DNA of 64,000 bases from the NCBI RefSeq assembly GCF_009914755.1, contig NC_060937.1. One strand, written 5' to 3'. Below the pieces are notes generated by a model, which had not been told where the DNA came from, made no database searches, and saw only the letters and a list, made by a program, of their open reading frames with translations. The position numbers were made by a program, and so were the translations under genes. The DNA comes from the human T2T-CHM13v2.0 reference genome, Homo sapiens. Positions 51,332 to 63,300 of this stretch are shown here, piece after piece; the stretch's first letter is position 1, and each line of letters starts with the position of its first letter.

Positions 51332-54300
51332 GTGTTTCAAACCTGCTCTATGAAAGGGAATCTTCAACTCTATGAGTTGAATGCAGACATCAGAAAGAAA
51401 TTTCTGAGAATGCTGCTGTCTACCTTTTATTTGAACTCCCGCTTCCAACGAAATCCTCCAAGCTATCCAAATATCCACTTGCATTTTCCACAAAAAGAGT
51501 GCTTCAAAACTGCTCTATCAATAAATGTTCAACTCCTTTAGCTGGGTGCACACATCACAAACAAGTTTCTGAGAATGCTTCTGTCTAGTTTTTATGGGAA
51601 GACATTCCCTTTTTCACCAAAGGCATCAAAGCGCTCCAAATGTCCACTTCCAGACACTACAAAAAGAGTGTTTCCAACGTGCTCTAAGAAAGCGAATGTT
51701 CAACTCTGTGACTTGAATGCAGATATCACAAAGTAGTTTCTGAGAGGGCTTCTGTCTAGATTTTAGATGATGATATTCCCGTTTCCAACGAAATCATTAG
51801 AGCTATCCAAATATCCACTTACGGTTTCTACAAAAAGAGTGTTTCCAAACTGCTGCATCAAAAGAGAGGTTCCACTCTGTTAGCTGAGTACACACATCAC
51901 AAACTTGTTTCTGAGAATCCTTCTGTGTCGTTTTTATGGGAAGATATTTACTTTTTCACCGTAGGCATCAAAGCGCTCCAAATGTCCACATCCAGATACT
52001 CCAGAAAGAGTGTTTCAAACCTGCTCTATGAAAGGGAATCTTCAACTCTATGAGTTGAATGCAGACATCAGAAAGAAATTTCTGAGAATGCTGCTGTCTA
52101 CCTTTTATTTGAATTCCCGCTTCCAACGAAATCCTCCAAGCTATCCAAATATCCACTTGCAGATTCCACAAAAAGAGTGTTTCAAAACTGCTCTCTATCA
52201 ATGGCAAAGTTCAACTCTGTTAGTTGAGGACACATATCACCAACAAGTTTCTGAGAATGCTTCTGTCTATTTTTTATGGGAAGATATTTCCTTTTTCACC
52301 GTAGGCGTCAAGGCGATCGAAATGTCCACTTCCACAAACTACAAAAAGAGTGTTTCAAACCTGCTCTATGAAAGGCCATGTTCATCTCTATGAGTCGAAT
52401 GGAAATATCCGAAAGAAATTTCTGGGAATGCTGCTGTCTAGTTTTTATACGAATTCCCGCTTCCAACGAAATCCTCAAAGCAATCCAAATATCCACTTGC
52501 AGAATCCACAAAAAGAGTGTTTCAAAACTGCTCTATCAATAGAAAGGTTCAACTCTTTTAGTTGAGTACACACATCACAAACAAGTTTCTGAGAATGCTT
52601 CTGTCTGGCTTTTATTGGAAGACGTTTCCTTTTCACCAAAGGCATCAAAGCGCTCCAAATGTCCACTTCCAGATTCTTCCAAAAGAGTGTTTGAAACGTG
52701 CTCAAAGTAAGGGAATGTTCAACTCTGTGACTTGAATGCAGATATCACCAAGTAGTTTCTAATAGTGCTTCTGTCTAGATTTTAGATGATGATATTCCCG
52801 TTTCCAACGAAATCGTTAGAGCTATCCAAATATCCACTTACAGTTGCTACAAAAACAGTGTTTCCAAACTGCTGCATCAAAAGAAAGGTTCAACTCTGTT
52901 AGTTGAGGACACACATCACAAAGAAGTTTGTGAGAATGCTTCTGTCTAGATTTTGTATGACGATATTCCCTTTTCCAACGATATCGTTAAAGCAATCTAA
53001 ATATCCATTTGCAGAATCCACAAAAATAGAGTTTCAAAGCTGCTCTGTAAAAAGAAAGGTTCCACTCTGTTAGCTGAGTACACACATCACAAACTTGTTT
53101 CTCAGAATCCTTCTGTCTCGTTTTTCTGGGAAGATATTTACTTTTTCACCGTAGGCATCAAAGCGCTCCAAATGTCCACATCCAGATACTCCAGAAAGAG
53201 TGTTTCAAACCTGCTCTATGAAAGGGAATCTTCAACTCTATGAGTTGAATGCAGACATCAGAAAGAAATTTCTGAGAATGCTGCTGTCTACCTTTTATTT
53301 GAATTCCCGCTTCCAACGAAATCCTCCAAGCTATCCAAATATCCACTTGCAGATTCCACAAAAAGAGTGTTTCAAAACTGCTCTCTATCAATGGCAAAGT
53401 TCAACTCTGTTAGTTGAGGACACATATCACCAACAAGTTTCTGAGAATGCTTCTGTCTATTTTTTATGGGAAGATATTTCCTTTTTCACCGTAGGCGTCA
53501 AGGCGATCGAAATGTCCACTTCCACAAACTACAAAAAGAGTGTTTCAAACCTGCTCTATGAAAGGCCATGTTCATCTCTATGAGTCGAATGGAAATATCC
53601 GAAAGAAATTTCTGGGAATGCTGCTGTCTAGTTTTTATACGAATTCCCGCTTCCAACGAAATCCTCAAAGCAATCCAAATATCCACTTGCAGAATCCACA
53701 AAAAGAGTGTTTCAAAACTGCTCTATCAATAGAAAGGTTCAACTCTTTTAGTTGAGTACACACATCACAAACAAGTTTCTGAGAATGCTTCTGTCTGGCT
53801 TTTATTGGAAGACGTTTCCTTTTCACCAAAGGCATCAAAGCGCTCCAAATGTCCACTTCCAGATTCTTCCAAAAGAGTGTTTGAAACGTGCTCAAAGTAA
53901 GGGAATGTTCAACTCTGTGACTTGAATGCAGATATCACCAAGTAGTTTCTAATAGTGCTTCTGTCTAGATTTTAGATGATGATATTCCCGTTTCCAACGA
54001 AATCGTTAGAGCTATCCAAATATCCACTTACAGTTTCTACAAAAAGAGTGTTTCCAAACTGCTGCATCAAAAGAAAGGTTCAACTCTGTTAGTTGAGGAC
54101 ACACATCACAAAGAAGTTTGTGAGAATGCTTCTGTCTAGATTTTGTATGACCATATTCCCTTTTCCAGCGATATCATTAAAGCAATCTAAATATCCATTT
54201 GCAGAATCCACAAAAATAGAGTTTCAAAGCTGCTCTGTAAAAAGAAAGGTTCCACTCTGTTAGCTGAGTACACACATCACAAACTTGTTTCTCAGAATCC

Positions 54301-57300
54301 TTCTGTCTCGTTTTTATGGGAAGATATTTACTTTTTCACCGTAGGCATCAAAGCGCTCCAAATGTCCACATCCAGATACTCCAGAAAGAGTGTTTCAAAC
54401 CTGCTCTATGAAAGGGAATCTTCAACTCTATGAGTTGAATGCAGACATCAGAAAGAAATTTCTGAGAATGCTGCTGTCTACCTTTTATTTGAACTCCCGC
54501 TTCCAACGAAATCCTCCAAGCTATCCAAATATCCACTTGCATTTTCCACAAAAAGAGTGCTTCAAAACTGCTCTATCAATAAATGTTCAACTCCTTTAGC
54601 TGGGTGCACACATCACAAACAAGTTTCTGAGAATGCTTCTGTCTAGTTTTTATGGGAAGACATTCCCTTTTTCACCAAAGGCATCAAAGCGCTCCAAATG
54701 TCCACTTCCAGACACTACAAAAAGAGTGTTTCCAACGTGCTCTAAGAAAGCGAATGTTCAACTCTGTGACTTGAATGCAGATATCACAAAGTAGTTTCTG
54801 AGAGGGCTTCTGTCTAGATTTTAGATGATGATATTCCCGTTTCCAACGAAATCATTAGAGCTATCCAAATATCCACTTACGGTTTCTACAAAAAGAGTGT
54901 TTCCAAACTGCTGCATCAAAAGAGAGGTTCCACTCTGTTAGCTGAGTACACACATCACAAACTTGTTTCTGAGAATCCTTCTGTGTCGTTTTTATGGGAA
55001 GATATTTACTTTTTCACCGTAGGCATCAAAGCGCTCCAAATGTCCACATCCAGATACTCCAGAAAGAGTGTTTCAAACCTGCTCTATGAAAGGGAATCTT
55101 CAACTCTATGAGTTGAATGCAGACATCAGAAAGAAATTTCTGAGAATGCTGCTGTCTACCTTTTATTTGAATTCCCGCTTCCAACGAAATCCTCCAAGCT
55201 ATCCAAATATCCACTTGCAGATTCCACAAAAAGAGTGTTTCAAAACTGCTCTCTATCAATGGCAAAGTTCAACTCTGTTAGTTGAGGACACATATCACCA
55301 ACAAGTTTCTGAGAATGCTTCTGTCTATTTTTTATGGGAAGATATTTCCTTTTTCACCGTAGGCGTCAAGGCGATCGAAATGTCCACTTCCACAAACTAC
55401 AAAAAGAGTGTTTCAAACCTGCTCTATGAAAGGCCATGTTCATCTCTATGAGTCGAATGGAAATATCCGAAAGAAATTTCTGGGAATGCTGCTGTCTAGT
55501 TTTTATACGAATTCCCGCTTCCAACGAAATCCTCAAAGCAATCCAAATATCCACTTGCAGAATCCACAAAAAGAGTGTTTCAAAACTGCTCTATCAATAG
55601 AAAGGTTCAACTCTTTTAGTTGAGTACACACATCACAAACAAGTTTCTGAGAATGCTTCTGTCTGGCTTTTATTGGAAGACGTTTCCTTTTCACCAAAGG
55701 CATCAAAGCGCTCCAAATGTCCACTTCCAGATTCTTCCAAAAGAGTGTTTGAAACGTGCTCAAAGTAAGGGAATGTTCAACTCTGTGACTTGAATGCAGA
55801 TATCACCAAGTAGTTTCTAATAGTGCTTCTGTCTAGATTTTAGATGATGATATTCCCGTTTCCAACGAAATCGTTAGAGCTATCCAAATATCCACTTACA
55901 GTTGCTACAAAAACAGTGTTTCCAAACTGCTGCATCAAAAGAAAGGTTCAACTCTGTTAGTTGAGGACACACATCACAAAGAAGTTTGTGAGAATGCTTC
56001 TGTCTAGATTTTGTATGACGATATTCCCTTTTCCAACGATATCGTTAAAGCAATCTAAATATCCATTTGCAGAATCCACAAAAATAGAGTTTCAAAGCTG
56101 CTCTGTAAAAAGAAAGGTTCCACTCTGTTAGCTGAGTACACACATCACAAACTTGTTTCTCAGAATCCTTCTGTCTCGTTTTTCTGGGAAGATATTTACT
56201 TTTTCACCGTAGGCATCAAAGCGCTCCAAATGTCCACATCCAGATACTCCAGAAAGAGTGTTTCAAACCTGCTCTATGAAAGGGAATCTTCAACTCTATG
56301 AGTTGAATGCAGACATCAGAAAGAAATTTCTGAGAATGCTGCTGTCTACCTTTTATTTGAATTCCCGCTTCCAACGAAATCCTCCAAGCTATCCAAATAT
56401 CCACTTGCAGATTCCACAAAAAGAGTGTTTCAAAACTGCTCTCTATCAATGGCAAAGTTCAACTCTGTTAGTTGAGGACACATATCACCAACAAGTTTCT
56501 GAGAATGCTTCTGTCTATTTTTTATGGGAAGATATTTCCTTTTTCACCGTAGGCGTCAAGGCGATCGAAATGTCCACTTCCACAAACTACAAAAAGAGTG
56601 TTTCAAACCTGCTCTATGAAAGGCCATGTTCATCTCTATGAGTCGAATGGAAATATCCGAAAGAAATTTCTGGGAATGCTGCTGTCTAGTTTTTATACGA
56701 ATTCCCGCTTCCAACGAAATCCTCAAAGCAATCCAAATATCCACTTGCAGAATCCACAAAAAGAGTGTTTCAAAACTGCTCTATCAATAGAAAGGTTCAA
56801 CTCTTTTAGTTGAGTACACACATCACAAACAAGTTTCTGAGAATGCTTCTGTCTGGCTTTTATTGGAAGACGTTTCCTTTTCACCAAAGGCATCAAAGCG
56901 CTCCAAATGTCCACTTCCAGATTCTTCCAAAAGAGTGTTTGAAACGTGCTCAAAGTAAGGGAATGTTCAACTCTGTGACTTGAATGCAGATATCACCAAG
57001 TAGTTTCTAATAGTGCTTCTGTCTAGATTTTAGATGATGATATTCCCGTTTCCAACGAAATCGTTAGAGCTATCCAAATATCCACTTACAGTTGCTACAA
57101 AAACAGTGTTTCCAAACTGCTGCATCAAAAGAAAGGTTCAACTCTGTTAGTTGAGGACACACATCACAAAGAAGTTTGTGAGAATGCTTCTGTCTAGATT
57201 TTGTATGACGATATTCCCTTTTCCAACGATATCGTTAAAGCAATCTAAATATCCATTTGCAGAATCCACAAAAATAGAGTTTCAAAGCTGCTCTGTAAAA

Positions 57301-60300
57301 AGAAAGGTTCCACTCTGTTAGCTGAGTACACACATCACAAACTTGTTTCTCAGAATCCTTCTGTCTCGTTTTTATGGGAAGATATTTACTTTTTCACCGT
57401 AGGCATCAAAGCGCTCCAAATGTCCACATCCAGATACTCCAGAAAGAGTGTTTCAAACCTGCTCTATGAAAGGGAATCTTCAACTCTATGAGTTGAATGC
57501 AGACATCAGAAAGAAATTTCTGAGAATGCTGCTGTCTACCTTTTATTTGAATTCCCGCTTCCAACGAAATCCTCCAAGCTATCCAAATATCCACTTGCAG
57601 ATTCCACAAAAAGAGTGTTTCAAAACTGCTCTCTATCAATGGCAAAGTTCAACTCTGTTAGTTGAGGACACATATCACCAACAAGTTTCTGAGAATGCTT
57701 CTGTCTATTTTTTATGGGAAGATATTTCCTTTTTCACCGTAGGCGTCAAGGCGATCGAAATGTCCACTTCCACAAACTACAAAAAGAGTGTTTCAAACCT
57801 GCTCTATGAAAGGCCATGTTCATCTCTATGAGTCGAATGGAAATATCCGAAAGAAATTTCTGGGAATGCTGCTGTCTAGTTTTTATACGAATTCCCGCTT
57901 CCAACGAAATCCTCAAAGCAATCCAAATATCCACTTGCAGAATCCACAAAAAGAGTGTTTCAAAACTGCTCTATCAATAGAAAGGTTCAACTCTTTTAGT
58001 TGAGTACACACATCACAAACAAGTTTCTGAGAATGCTTCTGTCTGGCTTTTATTGGAAGACGTTTCCTTTTCACCAAAGGCATCAAAGCGCTCCAAATGT
58101 CCACTTCCAGATTCTTCCAAAAGAGTGTTTGAAACGTGCTCAAAGTAAGGGAATGTTCAACTCTGTGACTTGAATGCAGATATCACCAAGTAGTTTCTAA
58201 TAGTGCTTCTGTCTAGATTTTAGATGATGATATTCCCGTTTCCAACGAAATCGTTAGAGCTATCCAAATATCCACTTACAGTTGCTACAAAAACAGTGTT
58301 TCCAAACTGCTGCATCAAAAGAAAGGTTCAACTCTGTTAGTTGAGGACACACATCACAAAGAAGTTTGTGAGAATGCTTCTGTCTAGATTTTGTATGACG
58401 ATATTCCCTTTTCCAACGATATCGTTAAAGCAATCTAAATATCCATTTGCAGAATCCACAAAAATAGAGTTTCAAAGCTGCTCTGTAAAAAGAAAGGTTC
58501 CACTCTGTTAGCTGAGTACACACATCACAAACTTGTTTCTCAGAATCCTTCTGTCTCGTTTTTATGGGAAGATATTTACTTTTTCACCGTAGGCATCAAA
58601 GCGCTCCAAATGTCCACATCCAGATACTCCAGAAAGAGTGTTTCAAACCTGCTCTATGAAAGGGAATCTTCAACTCTATGAGTTGAATGCAGACATCAGA
58701 AAGAAATTTCTGAGAATGCTGCTGTCTACCTTTTATTTGAATTCCCGCTTCCAACGAAATCCTCCAAGCTATCCAAATATCCACTTGCAGATTCCACAAA
58801 AAGAGTGTTTCAAAACTGCTCTCTATCAATGGCAAAGTTCAACTCTGTTAGTTGAGGACACATATCACCAACAAGTTTCTGAGAATGCTTCTGTCTATTT
58901 TTTATGGGAAGATATTTCCTTTTTCACCGTAGGCGTCAAGGCGATCGAAATGTCCACTTCCACAAACTACAAAAAGAGTGTTTCAAACCTGCTCTATGAA
59001 AGGCCATGTTCATCTCTATGAGTCGAATGGAAATATCCGAAAGAAATTTCTGGGAATGCTGCTGTCTAGTTTTTATACGAATTCCCGCTTCCAACGAAAT
59101 CCTCAAAGCAATCCAAATATCCACTTGCAGAATCCACAAAAAGAGTGTTTCAAAACTGCTCTATCAATAGAAAGGTTCAACTCTTTTAGTTGAGTACACA
59201 CATCACAAACAAGTTTCTGAGAATGCTTCTGTCTGGCTTTTATTGGAAGACGTTTCCTTTTCACCAAAGGCATCAAAGCGCTCCAAATGTCCACTTCCAG
59301 ATTCTTCCAAAAGAGTGTTTGAAACGTGCTCAAAGTAAGGGAATGTTCAACTCTGTGACTTGAATGCAGATATCACCAAGTAGTTTCTAATAGTGCTTCT
59401 GTCTAGATTTTAGATGATGATATTCCCGTTTCCAACGAAATCGTTAGAGCTATCCAAATATCCACTTAGTTTCTACAAAAAGAGTGTTTCCAAACTGCTG
59501 CATCAAAAGAAAGGTTCAACTCTGTTAGTTGAGGACACACATCACAAAGAAGTTTGTGAGAATGCTTCTGTCTAGATTTTGTATGACCATATTCCCTTTT
59601 CCAGCGATATCATTAAAGCAATCTAAATATCCATTTGCAGAATCCACAAAAATAGAGTTTCAAAGCTGCTCTGTAAAAAGAAAGGTTCCACTCTGTTAGC
59701 TGAGTACACACATCACAAACTTGTTTCTGAGAATCCTTCTGTCTAGTTTTTATGGGAAGATATTTACTTTTTCACCGTAGGCATCAAAGCGCTCCAAATG
59801 TCCACATCCAGATACTCCAGAAAGAGTGTTTCAAACCTGCTCTATGAAAGGGAATCTTCAACTCTATGAGTTGAATGCAGACATCAGAAAGAAATTTCTG
59901 AGAATGCTGCTGTCTACCTTTTATTTGAATTCCCGCTTCCAACGAAATCCTCCAAGCTATCCAAATATCCACTTGCATTTTCCACAAAAAGAGTGCTTCA
60001 AAACTGCTCTATCAATAAATGTTCAACTCCTTTAGCTGGGTGCACACATCACAAACAAGTTTCTGAGAATGCTTCTGTCTAGTTTTTATGGGAAGACATT
60101 CCCTTTTTCACCAAAGGCATCAAAGCGCTCCAAATGTCCACTTCCAGACACTACAAAAAGAGTGTTTCCAACGTGCTCTAAGAAAGCGAATGTTCAACTC
60201 TGTGACTTGAATGCAGATATCACAAAGTAGTTTCTGAGAGGGCTTCTGTCTAGATTTTAGATGATGATATTCCCGTTTCCAACGAAATCATTAGAGCTAT

Positions 60301-63300
60301 CCAAATATCCACTTACGGTTTCTACAAAAAGAGTGTTTCCAAACTGCTGCATCAAAAGAGAGGTTCCACTCTGTTAGCTGAGTACACACATCACAAACTT
60401 GTTTCTGAGAATCCTTCTGTGTCGTTTTTATGGGAAGATATTTACTTTTTCACCGTAGGCATCAAAGCGCTCCAAATGTCCACATCCAGATACTCCAGAA
60501 AGAGTGTTTCAAACCTGCTCTATGAAAGGGAATCTTCAACTCTATGAGTTGAATGCAGACATCAGAAAGAAATTTCTGAGAATGCTGCTGTCTACCTTTT
60601 ATTTGAATTCCCGCTTCCAACGAAATCCTCCAAGCTATCCAAATATCCACTTGCAGATTCCACAAAAAGAGTGTTTCAAAACTGCTCTCTATCAATGGCA
60701 AAGTTCAACTCTGTTAGTTGAGGACACATATCACCAACAAGTTTCTGAGAATGCTTCTGTCTATTTTTTATGGGAAGATATTTCCTTTTTCACCGTAGGC
60801 GTCAAGGCGATCGAAATGTCCACTTCCACAAACTACAAAAAGAGTGTTTCAAACCTGCTCTATGAAAGGCCATGTTCATCTCTATGAGTCGAATGGAAAT
60901 ATCCGAAAGAAATTTCTGGGAATGCTGCTGTCTAGTTTTTATACGAATTCCCGCTTCCAACGAAATCCTCAAAGCAATCCAAATATCCACTTGCAGAATC
61001 CACAAAAAGAGTGTTTCAAAACTGCTCTATCAATAGAAAGGTTCAACTCTTTTAGTTGAGTACACACATCACAAACAAGTTTCTGAGAATGCTTCTGTCT
61101 GGCTTTTTTTGGAAGACGTTTCCTTTTCACCAAAGGCATCAAAGCGCTCCAAATGTCCACTTCCAGATTCTTCCAAAAGAGTGTTTGAAACGTGCTCAAA
61201 GTAAGGGAATGTTCAACTCTGTGACTTGAATGCAGATATCACCAAGTAGTTTCTAATAGTGCTTCTGTCTAGATTTTAGATGATGATATTCCCGTTTCCA
61301 ACGAAATCGTTAGAGCTATCCAAATATCCACTTACAGTTGCTACAAAAACAGTGTTTCCAAACTGCTGCATCAAAAGAAAGGTTCAACTCTGTTAGTTGA
61401 GGACACACATCACAAAGAAGTTTGTGAGAATGCTTCTGTCTAGATTTTGTATGACGATATTCCCTTTTCCAACGATATCGTTAAAGCAATCTAAATATCC
61501 ATTTGCAGAATCCACAAAAATAGAGTTTCAAAGCTGCTCTGTAAAAAGAAAGGTTCCACTCTGTTAGCTGAGTACACACATCACAAACTTGTTTCTCAGA
61601 ATCCTTCTGTCTCGTTTTTCTGGGAAGATATTTACTTTTTCACCGTAGGCATCAAAGCGCTCCAAATGTCCACATCCAGATACTCCAGAAAGAGTGTTTC
61701 AAACCTGCTCTATGAAAGGGAATCTTCAACTCTATGAGTTGAATGCAGACATCAGAAAGAAATTTCTGAGAATGCTGCTGTCTACCTTTTATTTGAATTC
61801 CCGCTTCCAACGAAATCCTCCAAGCTATCCAAATATCCACTTGCAGATTCCACAAAAAGAGTGTTTCAAAACTGCTCTCTATCAATGGCAAAGTTCAACT
61901 CTGTTAGTTGAGGACACATATCACCAACAAGTTTCTGAGAATGCTTCTGTCTATTTTTTATGGGAAGATATTTCCTTTTTCACCGTAGGCGTCAAGGCGA
62001 TCGAAATGTCCACTTCCACAAACTACAAAAAGAGTGTTTCAAACCTGCTCTATGAAAGGCCATGTTCATCTCTATGAGTCGAATGGAAATATCCGAAAGA
62101 AATTTCTGGGAATGCTGCTGTCTAGTTTTTATACGAATTCCCGCTTCCAACGAAATCCTCAAAGCAATCCAAATATCCACTTGCAGAATCCACAAAAAGA
62201 GTGTTTCAAAACTGCTCTATCAATAGAAAGGTTCAACTCTTTTAGTTGAGTACACACATCACAAACAAGTTTCTGAGAATGCTTCTGTCTGGCTTTTATT
62301 GGAAGACGTTTCCTTTTCACCAAAGGCATCAAAGCGCTCCAAATGTCCACTTCCAGATTCTTCCAAAAGAGTGTTTGAAACGTGCTCAAAGTAAGGGAAT
62401 GTTCAACTCTGTGACTTGAATGCAGATATCACCAAGTAGTTTCTAATAGTGCTTCTGTCTAGATTTTAGATGATGATATTCCCGTTTCCAACGAAATCGT
62501 TAGAGCTATCCAAATATCCACTTACAGTTGCTACAAAAACAGTGTTTCCAAACTGCTGCATCAAAAGAAAGGTTCAACTCTGTTAGTTGAGGACACACAT
62601 CACAAAGAAGTTTGTGAGAATGCTTCTGTCTAGATTTTGTATGACCATATTCCCTTTTCCAGCGATATCATTAAAGCAATCTAAATATCCATTTGCAGAA
62701 TCCACAAAAATAGAGTTTCAAAGCTGCTCTGTAAAAAGAAAGGTTCCACTCTGTTAGCTGAGTACACACATCACAAACTTGTTTCTCAGAATCCTTCTGT
62801 CTCGTTTTTATGGGAAGATATTTACTTTTTCACCGTAGGCATCAAAGCGCTCCAAATGTCCACATCCAGATACTCCAGAAAGAGTGTTTCAAACCTGCTC
62901 TATGAAAGGGAATCTTCAACTCTATGAGTTGAATGCAGACATCAGAAAGAAATTTCTGAGAATGCTGCTGTCTACCTTTTATTTGAACTCCTGCTTCCAA
63001 CGAAATCCTCCAAGCTATCCAAATATCCACTTGCATTTTCCACAAAAAGAGTGCTTCAAAACTGCTCTATCAATAAATGTTCAACTCCTTTAGCTGGGTG
63101 CACACATCACAAACAAGTTTCTGAGAATGCTTCTGTCTAGTTTTTATGGGAAGACATTCCCTTTTTCACCAAAGGCATCAAAGCGCTCCAAATGTCCACT
63201 TCCAGACACTACAAAAAGAGTGTTTCCAACGTGCTCTAAGAAAGCGAATGTTCAACTCTGTGACTTGAATGCAGATATCACAAAGTAGTTTCTGAGAGGG

